DNA of 64,000 nucleotides from Candidatus Cloacimonadota bacterium (GTDB taxonomy: Bacteria; Cloacimonadota; Cloacimonadia; G963667145). This document shows, piece after piece, positions 1 through 9,486 of the stretch; position 1 is the first letter of the stretch, and each line of letters starts with the position of its first letter. The stretch spans positions 1,496,545 to 1,560,544 of the forward strand of contig OY781092.1 of assembly GCA_963676615.1 (NCBI GenBank), in the 5' to 3' direction. Below the pieces are notes generated by a model. It ran no database searches. It saw nothing but the letters and a program-made list of their open reading frames with translations, and was not told the origin of the DNA. The translations under genes were made by a program, and so were the position numbers.

Positions 1-1531
1 CTTTGGCAGCCTCCAGCTCCTTTTCCAGTTCGATAATCGTGCCGTATTTCAGGCGAGAAGCCGTCTCCAAATCTCCGTTGCGCTGGGCAATTCCCATCTC
101 CGACCTCGCCTTGTCCAGCTTGTCGTTGAGCTGCCCAATCTGGTTCAAACTCTGCTTCTCCTGCTTCCATTTATCCATCAGAAGCGAAAATTTTTCCTTG
201 AGATTGGCAATCTCTGCTTTCGCCGCATTCCTCTTCTCGTCCGCCTCATCTTTAAAAGACAGCTCCTCAATCTCCAGCTGCTGAATTTTGCGCTTCATAT
301 CGTCGAGCTCTTGTGGCATAGAATCTATCTGCATCCGCACAGACGCGCACGCCTCGTCCATCAAATCGATGGCTTTGTCGGGCAAAAATCGGTCGTTAAT
401 GTAACGGGCAGAGAGCTTTCCCGCAGCAATCAGAGCGTCGTCGGTAATCTGCAAACCGTGATGCACCTGGTATTTGTCCTTGATGCCTCGCAAAATGGAA
501 ATCGTGTCGGCAACGCTCGGCTCGCCAACCATCACAGGCTGAAAACGGCGTTCCAGAGCGGCGTCCTTTTCGATATACTTTTTGTATTCGCTCAGCGTTG
601 TTGCGCCGATACAACGCAGCTCGCCCCTTGCCAAAGCTGGCTTGAGCATATTCGACGCGTCGCTCTGACCCTCTGCTGCGCCCGCTCCGACGATGGTGTG
701 CAGCTCGTCGATGAACAAAATAATCTCGCCGTTGGAACTCTCCACCTCCTTCAAAACCGCTTTGAGTCGCTCCTCGAACTCGCCTCGATACTTCGCTCCT
801 GCCAGTAAAAGCGCCATATCTAGCTCCAGAACTGTTTTGTTCTTCAGATTTTCGGGAACATCTCGCTCGATAATCCGCTTGGCTAGCCCCTCGATAATCG
901 CCGTCTTTCCGACACCTGGCTCGCCGATGAGCACGGGATTATTCTTCCTGCGCCGAGACAAAATCTGGATCGTGCGGCGAATTTCGTCGTCTCGCCCGAT
1001 GACAGGGTCGAGCTTCTCCTTCCGCGCCAAATCGGTCAGATTGCGGGTATATTTCTCCAGCACCTGATACTTCGCCTCGGGATTTTCGCTGTCAACTTTG
1101 TGATTTCCGCGAACCTCCTGAATCGCCTTGAGCAAATCTTTCTCCTTAATGCTGGGCAAAACCGCCTGAATGTCGCCGCTGCTCTTGAGCAAAGCCAGCA
1201 AAATATGCTCCAAACTGACGAAATCGTCCTGAAACTGCCCAGCAATCTTGTCCGCCAGCAGCAGCGCCTTGTTCGCCTTTGCGCTCAAATATGCGGGCGA
1301 GCTGCCCTCGACTCTCGGAAAGTCGCCCAGCTTCGCCTCAATATTCTGTCGCAGCAGACTCGGCTTGACCTCCACCTTCTGCAAAAGAGTCGGCACCAGC
1401 GAATCTTCCACCAGCAAAGCCGCCAGCAAAAGATGCAACTCCCCAATCTCCTGATGTCCGTATTCGCTCGCCAAATCGGATGCCTTCTGCAGGCACTCCT
1501 TCGACTTAATCGTGTATTTATTAAAGTTCAT
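1..1531 (-). CDS. clpB: ATP-dependent chaperone ClpB (5' part; continues beyond the left window edge)
   Basis: Minus-strand translation from ATG 1531 gives [12 protein letters not shown]..., [45 protein letters not shown] (Walker A), [14 protein letters not shown] and the coiled-coil M-domain ([22 protein letters not shown]...[12 protein letters not shown]). Absent from the ORF track because it has no stop inside the window. Confidence 0.96.
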   Translation of the reverse strand, partial: MNFNKYTIKSKECLQKASDLASEYGHQEIGELHLLLAALLVEDSLVPTLLQKVEVKPSLLRQNIEAKLGDFPRVEGSSPAYLSAKANKALLLADKIAGQFQDDFVSLEHILLALLKSSGDIQAVLPSIKEKDLLKAIQEVRGNHKVDSENPEAKYQVLEKYTRNLTDLARKEKLDPVIGRDDEIRRTIQILSRRRKNNPVLIGEPGVGKTAIIEGLAKRIIERDVPENLKNKTVLELDMALLLAGAKYRGEFEERLKAVLKEVESSNGEIILFIDELHTIVGAGAAEGQSDASNMLKPALARGELRCIGATTLSEYKKYIEKDAALERRFQPVMVGEPSVADTISILRGIKDKYQVHHGLQITDDALIAAGKLSARYINDRFLPDKAIDLMDEACASVRMQIDSMPQELDDMKRKIQQLEIEELSFKDEADEKRNAAKAEIANLKEKFSLLMDKWKQEKQSLNQIGQLNDKLDKARSEMGIAQRNGDLETASRLKYGTIIELEKELEAAK

Positions 1532-1563
1532 TTTTTCCTCCAAAAATGTTTGGCGCCAAAAAA

Positions 1564-1590
1564 CTGGCACTCTTAAGGCGAGACTGCCAA
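1564..1590. promoter_or_regulatory. CIRCE-like (HrcA) operator upstream of clpB
   Basis: CTGGCACTC-N9-GACTGCCAA versus consensus TTAGCACTC-N9-GAGTGCTAA. It lies 33 bp upstream of the clpB start and just downstream of a minus-strand TTGACA (1603-1608). Confidence 0.8.
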
Positions 1591-1713
1591 TAGCTGAAAA
1601 TCTGTCAACTTTTTTTGTCCAATTTCGCTTGCAGAGCGGATTTTGCTTGACATCAAAAAAATAGATGGTTCAATTTACTTGTTAAAATCGTTTTTCGATA
1701 AAAAGGGGGAAAA

Positions 1714-2994
1714 ATGTCAGAAAAAAGAGGAATGTTTGCTTGGTATTTTCAGTCTAATTTGCTCATAAGGATTTTGCTCGGTCTGGTTTTGGGCGCAATT
1801 GTGGGGCTTCTCGCAGGAGACAGCATCGCGTGGCTAAAACCTTTTGGCGATGTTTTTGTAAGGCTTCTAAAGATGATCGTGATGCCTGTTGTCCTGAGCA
1901 CTCTGGTGGTCGGCGCAGCGAGCATTAGTCCCGCAAAATTGGGCAAAATCGGGATAAAAGCGGTCGCATTTTATATGGCGACAAGCGCTTTCGCCGTTGC
2001 CGTGGGCTTGCTGATGGGCAATTTGTTCAAGCCTGGACTCGGGCTAGATCTTGGCAATGTTGGCTCTGCTGCGGGCAAAGTGGTCAACGCTCCGAGTCTT
2101 GCCAACACTTTTTTGAACATCATCCCCAAAAATCCGCTGGGCGATATGGTCTCTGGCAAAATTTTGCCATCCATCTTTTTCGCAATTGTTTTCGGCATAG
2201 CGTTGTCCTACCTCAAAATCAGCAAAGTCGAGCGAATAAAAAAAGCAGGCGACACGCTTTTTAACATTTTTGACGCCTGCGCAGAAGTGATGTATCTGGT
2301 CGTGCGCTGGGTGATGCAATATGCGCCAATCGGCGTGTTTGCGCTGATAGCGGTGGTTTTTGGCAAACAAGGGCTGAAAGCTATCGGACCTCTGGGAATG
2401 GTCACGATGGGGGCGTTCGTCGGCTACATTTTGCAAGTTTTGGTCGTTTATATGTTGATCGCCAAATTCAGCGGACTAAAGCCGTTTCAGCTTCTGAACA
2501 AAATCAAATCGCCGATGATAACCGCTTTTGTAACCCGTAGCAGCAGCGGAACTTTGCCCGTTTCGATGAGAACTGCCGACGAGGAGCTGGGCATCCACAA
2601 AGATGTCTATTCGTTCTCTTTGCCGCTGGGAGCGACGATCAATATGGACGGAACCGCGATATACCAAGGCGTTTGCGCGATGTTCATCGGTTTTGCCGTT
2701 GGGATGCCGCTCTCGTTCAGCGCTCAGATTACGGTGATTTTGACAGCAGTTTTGGCGTCGATAGGCACGGCTGGCGTTCCGGGAGCAGGCGCGATTATGC
2801 TGATGCTCGTTTTGGATAGCGTCGGGATGCCGCTAGAGGCGGGCTCTCCCGTGGCTGCGGCGTATGCGATGATTTTGGGAATAGACGCCATTTTGGATAT
2901 GGGCAGAACCTGCATCAATGTGGCAGGAGATATGACTTGCTCGACCGTCATCGCCAAGAGCGAGGGACTTTTGGATATGAAAAAATGGGCATAA
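1714..2994 (+). CDS. Dicarboxylate/amino acid:cation symporter (DAACS, GltPh-like aspartate/glutamate transporter)
   Basis: Motifs FVRLLKMIVMP, AFVTRSSSGTLPV, LPLGATINMDGTAIYQG, ASIGTAGVPGAG and DAILDMGRTCINVAGD. Confidence 0.95.
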   Translation: MSEKRGMFAWYFQSNLLIRILLGLVLGAIVGLLAGDSIAWLKPFGDVFVRLLKMIVMPVVLSTLVVGAASISPAKLGKIGIKAVAFYMATSAFAVAVGLLMGNLFKPGLGLDLGNVGSAAGKVVNAPSLANTFLNIIPKNPLGDMVSGKILPSIFFAIVFGIALSYLKISKVERIKKAGDTLFNIFDACAEVMYLVVRWVMQYAPIGVFALIAVVFGKQGLKAIGPLGMVTMGAFVGYILQVLVVYMLIAKFSGLKPFQLLNKIKSPMITAFVTRSSSGTLPVSMRTADEELGIHKDVYSFSLPLGATINMDGTAIYQGVCAMFIGFAVGMPLSFSAQITVILTAVLASIGTAGVPGAGAIMLMLVLDSVGMPLEAGSPVAAAYAMILGIDAILDMGRTCINVAGDMTCSTVIAKSEGLLDMKKWA

Positions 2995-3074
2995 TTTGCG
3001 CAGATTTTTAATGGAAAAAGGGCGCTGTTTTGTTAAAGACGGCGTCCTTTTTTGCAAAAACAAGGGGTGCTAAA

Positions 3075-3785
3075 ATGAGCAAAATCGTAGGCATAATCGG
3101 CGGCGTAGGACCTTATGCTGGGCTGGATTTTCACAAAAAAATATTGGACTGCACGCCCGCAAAATCAGACCAAGAGCACTTGGAGATTTACCATATTTCT
3201 GCCTCCGCCAAGATTGAGGACAGAAGCAAGTTCTTGCAGGGCAAAAGTTTAGCTAACCCAGCCGAAGGACTGATTTACGCCGCAGAAAAGCTCGTCGCTA
3301 TCGGCGCAGAAATTTTGGTAATTCCCTGTAACACCGCACATTCCGACCCGATTTTGTCGCCATTTTTGGAATTTATCGCCAAAAAGAACGCGCTGTTTCT
3401 GAATTTGCTAGAAGAAACTTGCCGCTATATTCGTTCCAAGGGCTTGCAAAAAGTGGGGCTGCTGGCGACACTGGGCACCTACCAGAGCGGAGTGTATCAG
3501 TTTTATTTTCGCCAAATCGGTTGCGGCGAGTTGATTTGCCCAACTGAAAGCCAAAAGCAGATTGTCAGCGATGCGATTTACAACCCCGAAAAAGGGATAA
3601 AAAGTGGCGCGCAAACTGGCTGGGCAAGCTCGCAGCTGGATTTGGTCGTGCAAAGCTTGCAAAATCAGGGAGCGCAAGCGGTTATAATGGGTTGCACCGA
3701 AATTCCGCTGGCGCTTGGCAACTCCGATTTTTTGCTCGATCCCGGGCAAATTTTGGCGAAGCGGGTTGTGCAAGCGGCGCTGTAG
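3075..3785 (+). CDS. Aspartate/glutamate racemase family protein
   Basis: IGIIGGVGPYAG N-terminus and two catalytic Cys motifs (IPCNTAH, GCTEIPL). ATG 3075 follows AAGGGG. Confidence 0.92.
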   Translation: MSKIVGIIGGVGPYAGLDFHKKILDCTPAKSDQEHLEIYHISASAKIEDRSKFLQGKSLANPAEGLIYAAEKLVAIGAEILVIPCNTAHSDPILSPFLEFIAKKNALFLNLLEETCRYIRSKGLQKVGLLATLGTYQSGVYQFYFRQIGCGELICPTESQKQIVSDAIYNPEKGIKSGAQTGWASSQLDLVVQSLQNQGAQAVIMGCTEIPLALGNSDFLLDPGQILAKRVVQAAL

Positions 3786-3866
3786 CGGCAATCTTTTCTC
3801 GCCATTTTCTTGACAGAAATTCCGCCTGTTTGAGTTCCGATGAGAAAAAAGTTTTGAGGACAAAAA

Positions 3867-5510
3867 ATGAACACAATTTTCAAACCGAAATTTTTCACTT
3901 TGCTAAAAGCGGGAATTTCCAAAAAGCAAATCTCAGCCGACATAATGTCGGGTGTGGTCGTGGGTATCGTGGCGCTTCCTCTGGCGATAGCTTTCGCCGT
4001 TGCCTCGGGAGTCTCCCCCGAAAAAGGCCTAATCACGGCGGTTGTAGCGGGATTTCTCATCTCGTTTTTGGGCGGCAGTCGCGTGCAAATTGGCGGTCCC
4101 ACGGGCGCATTCATCGTTATCGTCTATGGAATTGTGCAAAAATACGGGCTGCATGGGCTGCTCATTTCGACAGTTTTGGCAGGCGTGATAATGATAATTT
4201 TCGGGCTTTTGCGACTGGGCACGGTGCTCAAATATTTTCCGCATCCGCTGATCGTCGGCTTCACGGGCGGCATCGCGCTGGTCATATTTTCCACACAAAT
4301 TCCCGATGCGCTCGGACTCTCGCTGCCCAAAGTGCCCTCGGGATTTTTGCAAAAATGGAGTCTCTACCTGCAAAACCTGCACAGCATCAACTGGACTGCA
4401 CTTTCGCTGACCCTGCTGACGATAATCGTCGTCGTCTTTTCCTCGAAAATTTTCCGCAAAATTCCTGGCTCGTTCATCGCCATTGTGCTGGTCACTTTTC
4501 TGGTCAACTTTTTCGATTTGCAAGTGACGACAATTCAGACATTTTTCGGCACAATTCCGCAAAAAATCGGCTTCCATTTTCCGCAATTTAGCTTTAGTGA
4601 TTTGGGAATTTATCTGATGCCGGCGCTGACGATTGCCCTTTTGGGAAGCATCGAATCGCTACTCTCGGCGGTCGTTGCCGATGGAATGATCGGCGGCAAA
4701 CATCGCTCCAACACCGAGCTCGTAGCGCAAGGGATTGCTAATGTGCTGACTCCGTTTTTTGGCGGAATACCAGCCACGGGGGCGATTGCTCGCACGGCGA
4801 CAAATGTCAAAAACGGCGGCCGCACGCCAATCTCTGGAATGGTGCACGCCTTGGCGCTGCTGGCGATTATGCTCTTTTTGGGAGAATGGGCAAAGCTGAT
4901 TCCGATGTGCTGCCTTGCGGGAATTTTGATCGTCGTCTCCTACAATATGAGCCAGTGGCGGTCTTTTGCCTCGATTCTGAAAGGCTCGTATTTCGACATC
5001 ATTGTCCTGCTGACCACCTTTTTCATCACCGTAATCTACGACCTGACTCTCGCCATAGAAATCGGCGTGATGCTCTCGGCAATCCTCTTTATGAAACGGA
5101 TGACCGACATCAGCGAAAAGCAAATCAGCGACGGCGTGGATCGCGATATTATCGACAACTACACCGATTTGCCCGACGGACTGCTCATCTACGAAATCAG
5201 CGGACCGCTCTTTTTTGCCTCCGCCAGAAGATACTGCCAGGCGTTGCACGAAGCGGGTTTACGCTGCAAAGTGCTGGTAATCCGAATGCGCCATGTCTCG
5301 TTCATCGACCAAACTGGGCTTGCGATTTTGCAAAATGTGCTCGCTATCCTCAAGCGTGAACACATACGAGTTCTGCTCTCGGGCGTCCGAGGCGAAGTTC
5401 GCCAAGATCTGACCAAATTCGGTGTCCAAAACACCTTGACGCACGACTCGATTTTTGATAGTTTTGACGCCTCGATCGAAAAAGCGAAAAAGATTTTGCA
5501 GCACAGCTAA
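3867..5510 (+). CDS. SulP family inorganic anion/dicarboxylate transporter with STAS domain
   Basis: Motifs GIVALPLAIAFA, GGSRVQIGGPTGAF, ESLLSAVVADGM and GAIARTATNVKNGGRTP, plus a C-terminal STAS domain (YEISGPLFFA...IDQTG). Confidence 0.95.
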   Translation: MNTIFKPKFFTLLKAGISKKQISADIMSGVVVGIVALPLAIAFAVASGVSPEKGLITAVVAGFLISFLGGSRVQIGGPTGAFIVIVYGIVQKYGLHGLLISTVLAGVIMIIFGLLRLGTVLKYFPHPLIVGFTGGIALVIFSTQIPDALGLSLPKVPSGFLQKWSLYLQNLHSINWTALSLTLLTIIVVVFSSKIFRKIPGSFIAIVLVTFLVNFFDLQVTTIQTFFGTIPQKIGFHFPQFSFSDLGIYLMPALTIALLGSIESLLSAVVADGMIGGKHRSNTELVAQGIANVLTPFFGGIPATGAIARTATNVKNGGRTPISGMVHALALLAIMLFLGEWAKLIPMCCLAGILIVVSYNMSQWRSFASILKGSYFDIIVLLTTFFITVIYDLTLAIEIGVMLSAILFMKRMTDISEKQISDGVDRDIIDNYTDLPDGLLIYEISGPLFFASARRYCQALHEAGLRCKVLVIRMRHVSFIDQTGLAILQNVLAILKREHIRVLLSGVRGEVRQDLTKFGVQNTLTHDSIFDSFDASIEKAKKILQHS

Positions 5511-5747
5511 TCGCAAAAAATCGCCGAACTCGCAGAAAGCCAGAAAGTTATAAAATTTTTGGGGCAAATTGCAAAAAATCGGCAATTTTATTTTTGGCAA
5601 ATTCAGCCGATTTCTGCTCAAAATCTGCTAAATGCTTAATATTCCGCAAGTAACAAAACATCGAGTTAGACACAGTGTGAGTAAGTGCCTCAAAAGCAGT
5701 AATTAACGGGCAGCGCCAAATCGTAACTGTCTTGAAAACCAATAACT

Positions 5748-5797
5748 TGTGAATTGTGGACAACTGGGATGTAAATGTGCATAAAGAATGTGCATAA
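5748..5797 (-). promoter_or_regulatory. Cluster of DnaA-box-like 9-mers
   Basis: TGTGCATAA at 5776 and 5789 (= TTATGCACA, matching TTATNCACA), TGTGGACAA at 5755 (1 mismatch) and TGTGAATTG at 5748 (2 mismatches), all in the same orientation in a 410-bp intergenic gap. Confidence 0.5.
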
Positions 5798-5922
5798 TCT
5801 TCTATCTCTCGCTTTTTGAGTAAAAAATGAAAAGCAAAACCGTTTTTTTCTCTCCGAAAAATCTTGTCAAAAAAACTGGCGAAAAAATGTTTTTTGCAAT
5901 CGAAAATTAAAGGGGAATTTTT

Positions 5923-6591
5923 ATGGGAAACGAACTTTTATGGTGCATTTTTATGCTGGTAAATTTTGGGCTGATTTTGGGATTTTATCGCTGTTTTGGC
6001 AAAGCTGGGCTTTACGCTTGGATTCCGATGGCGACGATTTTGGCGAATATACAGGTGCTGAAAACCGTTGAGATTTTTGGGCTTGTGGCGACTTTGGGTA
6101 ACATTATGTATGCCACCAGCTTTTTGGCGACGGATGTTTTGAGCGAAAATTACGGCAAAAAAGCGGCAGCCAAGGGGATGTTTTTGGGTTTCGGCTCGAT
6201 GCTGGTGATGCTGATTGTGATGCAGATTGCGCTTGTGTTTATTCCGCACGAGAGCGACTTTATCCAAGGCAGCCTGCAGCAAGTTTTCGGCGTTATGCCT
6301 CGGATTGTCGCTGGGTCGATTATCGCTTATCTCATCAGCCAGGCTCACGATATTTGGGCGTATAGTTTCTGGAAAAAAAAGAGCGGCAAGATTTGGATTG
6401 CGAACAATTTTTCCACAATGATCAGCCAGCTGATCGACACTTTTGTGTTTGCGTTTATCGCTTTTTTTGGCGTTTTTCCGCTGGATGTTTGGTGGCAAAT
6501 CGTTCTGACGACCTATGTTTTCAAATGGCTTACGGCGTTGGTGGACACGCCTTTCCTTTACTTTGCCAAAAAAATAGGACAAAAGGTTTGA
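5923..6591 (+). CDS. Queuosine precursor transporter (YhhQ/VUT family)
   Basis: Hydrophobic 222 aa with ANIQVLKTV, LGNIMYATSFLATDVLSENYG, PRIVAGSIIAYLISQAHD, NNFSTMISQLIDT and DTPFLY. Confidence 0.9.
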   Translation: MGNELLWCIFMLVNFGLILGFYRCFGKAGLYAWIPMATILANIQVLKTVEIFGLVATLGNIMYATSFLATDVLSENYGKKAAAKGMFLGFGSMLVMLIVMQIALVFIPHESDFIQGSLQQVFGVMPRIVAGSIIAYLISQAHDIWAYSFWKKKSGKIWIANNFSTMISQLIDTFVFAFIAFFGVFPLDVWWQIVLTTYVFKWLTALVDTPFLYFAKKIGQKV

Positions 6592-6673
6592 CACAGAACC
6601 TGTTAGATAAGGGTATTGAACGGTAATCCTCAATTCGAGAGATTGAAAAATTTATTTTTTATCAAGGAGATTT

Positions 6674-7897
6674 ATGATGAGCGTAGCAAAGCAAATCATG
6701 GAATTGGCAGAGAAGTATAGAGATTATACTGCTAAAAATCTTGCCAAATTGGTGAACATTCCTTCTGAGAGTATGCAAGAAGAGGGCGTGCAAAAAGAAC
6801 TCAAAAGACAAATGGAAGAGGCTGGTTTCGACGAAGTTGTAATCGACGGTCTTGGCAATGTTTTGGGTCGTGTTGGTAATGGTCCAATCGTTTTGGCTGT
6901 GGACGGACATATGGACACAGTAGGCGTTGGAAATATGGACAACTGGGATTTCGATCCTTATTGCGGAACTATCAAAGACGGCAAAATCTTTGGTCGTGGC
7001 ACAGTTGACCAAGAAGGCGGACCTGCTGCAGCGGTTACCTCTGGTCGCATCCTCAAAGAGCTCGGACTTGGCGAAAAAGTTACTTTCTGGGTTGTTGGTT
7101 CTGTAATGGAAGAAGACTGCGATGGTCTTTGCTGGAACTATATCGTAGAGGAGCACGGCTTGAAGCCAGACTTCGCTATCTCGACAGAGCCTACAAATAT
7201 GAACATCTATCGTGGACATCGCGGCAGAATGGAAATTGGCGTATCTTTCCGTGGAATTTCTTGTCACGGATCTGCTCCAGAGCGCGGCAAAAACGCGATT
7301 TATATGGCGTCTAAAGTTCTTGTCGAAATCGAAAAATTGAACGAGAACTTGCAACCAGACGAGGGCAACTTCTTGGGCAAAGGAACTGTAACCGTTTCGC
7401 ACATCGAGTCTGGTTCTCCATCGCTTTGCGCCGTTGCCGACTACGCTTACTTCCACTTGGATCGCCGTCTTACTTGGGGCGAGACAGAGCAATCTGCTTG
7501 CAAAGAAATCCAAGACATTATCGACAGACTCGGCTTCACCAAAGAGGCAAAAGTTGAAGTTTTGGAATACAAAGAAAAAGCTTGGACTGGTCTTGAGTAT
7601 GGAATGAAAAAATATTTCCCAACTTGGAAGTTGGAGGAGTCTGAGCCAGTTGTGCAAGTTGGCGTAAACTCTTTCAAAGATTTGTTCGGCAAAGATCCTA
7701 AAGTTGACAAGTGGACTTTCTCTACCAACGGTGTAACCATCAACGGTAAGCACAAAATCCCGATGATCGGCTTTGGACCAGGTAACGAGGTTCTTGCGCA
7801 CGCTCCAAATGAGTGGTGCCCAGTCGAAGACCTTGTAATGGCTTCCGCTTTCTACGCTATGTATGCAGTTAAATTGGGTGAAACCGTTAAAAAGTAA
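6674..7897 (+). CDS. ygeY: YgeY-family M20 metallohydrolase
   Basis: Motifs DGHMDTVG, GRGTVDQEGG, GSVMEEDCDGLCW, YRGHRGRMEI, SCHGSAPERG, KWTFSTNGV and GFGPGNEVLAHAPNE. AAGGAG RBS. Confidence 0.88.
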   Translation: MMSVAKQIMELAEKYRDYTAKNLAKLVNIPSESMQEEGVQKELKRQMEEAGFDEVVIDGLGNVLGRVGNGPIVLAVDGHMDTVGVGNMDNWDFDPYCGTIKDGKIFGRGTVDQEGGPAAAVTSGRILKELGLGEKVTFWVVGSVMEEDCDGLCWNYIVEEHGLKPDFAISTEPTNMNIYRGHRGRMEIGVSFRGISCHGSAPERGKNAIYMASKVLVEIEKLNENLQPDEGNFLGKGTVTVSHIESGSPSLCAVADYAYFHLDRRLTWGETEQSACKEIQDIIDRLGFTKEAKVEVLEYKEKAWTGLEYGMKKYFPTWKLEESEPVVQVGVNSFKDLFGKDPKVDKWTFSTNGVTINGKHKIPMIGFGPGNEVLAHAPNEWCPVEDLVMASAFYAMYAVKLGETVKK

Positions 7898-7923
7898 TTT
7901 TCGCTTTTAGCAAAAAAATACCA

Positions 7924-7950
7924 AGGAGAGCTTTAGGGCTCTCCTTTTTT
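7924..7950 (+). terminator. Rho-independent terminator after ygeY
   Basis: AGGAGAGC-TTTAGG-GCTCTCCT followed by a T-run. Confidence 0.88.
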
Positions 7951-8026
7951 GTGCGAAAATTTGGCGATTATGATTTGACAAAAAATCACTGAAATCAACT
8001 TTTTTACTCGATAGATGGGAGGACAA

Positions 8027-8224
8027 ATGTGCTTTTCAACATTCATACAAAATAAACCAAGTTTCTTTTCGGGAATGATGAGGATTTTTGATTTAGGGGC
8101 AACTTTTTCGCATTATGGTTCAGAGAAAAACCCAGAAGAGCTAGATAAAAAAGCTATCTATTCTGATTTTTGTGCTGTCGACGAGGATTTGAGAAAATTT
8201 GTGGAAAACTTTGAAGAAAGGTAA
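8027..8224 (+). CDS. Small hypothetical protein (65 aa)
   Basis: GGAGG RBS before ATG 8027 and an upstream TTGACA (7975). The sequence PSFFSGMMRIFDLGATF...PEELDKKAIYSDF..V.EDL resembles small proteins I recall from mobile or accessory regions (unverified). Confidence 0.6.
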   Translation: MCFSTFIQNKPSFFSGMMRIFDLGATFSHYGSEKNPEELDKKAIYSDFCAVDEDLRKFVENFEER

Positions 8225-8252
8225 TTTTTAGCAAAGTTGTTCTTTTAATGTA

Positions 8253-9485
8253 ATGAAAAATTTTTATGATAATTTAACTCCAACACAAATTCTCTTCAAT
8301 CAAGAAGTAGAATTACTTTCTTCTGTAACTGAGTTGTTTGAGTTAGAAATGGCTTATCTTGAATATAAGATGGTTTTGCCTAGTGAATATATTGAGAGAA
8401 CGGCATACGCAAAAAGTTACAAAAATCAAGATAGCTTACATTTTTTAAGATATTCTGAAATTTCAGCTACAGTTTCGGAAAATCGTTCTTCAATAACCAA
8501 TTCATATTTTAAAAATGGGTTGTTTTCAACAGGATATGCAACTCATAGTTTATTTCCATATAGAGGAAAGTTTCATCCTCAATTAATAAAAGGATTAATA
8601 AATATTCTTGGAATTAAAAAAGGAGAAACAATTTTAGACCCAATGGCAGGAAGTGGAACAACTAATGTAGAAGCAGCTTTGATGGGAATAAATTCTTATG
8701 CAATTGATATTAGTCCATTTTGCCAATTGATGACAAAAACCAAATACGAAGCATTAAGTATTAACTTAAAATTATTGCAAGAAGCAGAATTAAACTCTAA
8801 TGAACTATTTGATTTTTTTAGTAAAAGTGATGTTTTAAATAAATTAAACAAGGTTGATACAGAGAAACAAAAGCTATATAATCTTGCTCTATTGGCATTT
8901 TTAGATGCTTTGGGGTATTCAAAACGTGTTGTTCGTTCAAATCACAATCAATTGTTTGATAAAGTATTGAATAGATATGTTGGAACCGTTAAATCTCTTT
9001 TACAGAATAAACATTTCAATGGAGAGATTGGAAATGTAAAAGTTTTACCTAATTCTGATGCTTTAAATATTGAATTAGAGAACAATTCAATTGATGGAAT
9101 AATTACTTCTCCGCCTTACTCTTTTGCAATTGATTATGTCGAAAATGACAAAGACCAATTAGAATATTTAGGGTATGATACAAAAGAACTAAAAAGTAAA
9201 CTAATAGGTTTAAAAGGGAAAGGTAAAAAAGAAAAACTTGAAACATATTTTAATGATATGGACAAGTTTTTAAGTGAAGCTTCAAGAGTATTAAAGACAA
9301 ATAAATATCTTGTTATAATAATTGGTTCAAATACTAACCAGACAGGAGGGATAAGACTTGAAGAAACAGTAATTAATTCTGCGAAAACATATGGGATGGA
9401 ATTAGTAAAAAGTATTTTAAAACCAATTAAAGGGATGAGAAATACAATGAAAGAAGAATATGTCTTAATTTTTGAGAAGAAATAA
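8253..9485 (+). CDS. DNA methyltransferase, probably N4-cytosine (motif I before SPPY)
   Basis: Motifs THSLFPYRGKFHPQL, ILDPMAGSGTT (SAM binding) and IITSPPY (catalytic). Confidence 0.88.
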   Translation: MKNFYDNLTPTQILFNQEVELLSSVTELFELEMAYLEYKMVLPSEYIERTAYAKSYKNQDSLHFLRYSEISATVSENRSSITNSYFKNGLFSTGYATHSLFPYRGKFHPQLIKGLINILGIKKGETILDPMAGSGTTNVEAALMGINSYAIDISPFCQLMTKTKYEALSINLKLLQEAELNSNELFDFFSKSDVLNKLNKVDTEKQKLYNLALLAFLDALGYSKRVVRSNHNQLFDKVLNRYVGTVKSLLQNKHFNGEIGNVKVLPNSDALNIELENNSIDGIITSPPYSFAIDYVENDKDQLEYLGYDTKELKSKLIGLKGKGKKEKLETYFNDMDKFLSEASRVLKTNKYLVIIIGSNTNQTGGIRLEETVINSAKTYGMELVKSILKPIKGMRNTMKEEYVLIFEKK

Positions 9486-9486
9486 T

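Noticed and set aside
3-1576. Plus-strand ORFs 3-284, 311-808, 693-1067 and 1100-1576
   Set aside because: Antisense shadows of clpB, which has clear motifs on the minus strand.
5640-5922. preQ1 riboswitch expected upstream of the queuosine-precursor transporter
   Set aside because: I could not find a preQ1-I (GGTTC..CCC..AAAAAACTA) or other recognisable aptamer pattern.
6662-7801. Long antisense ORF (379 aa); similarly 16073-17386, 18681-19814 and 61962-62999
   Set aside because: Each lies wholly opposite a well-supported gene, has no motifs or RBS, and is explained by the codon bias of the sense gene.
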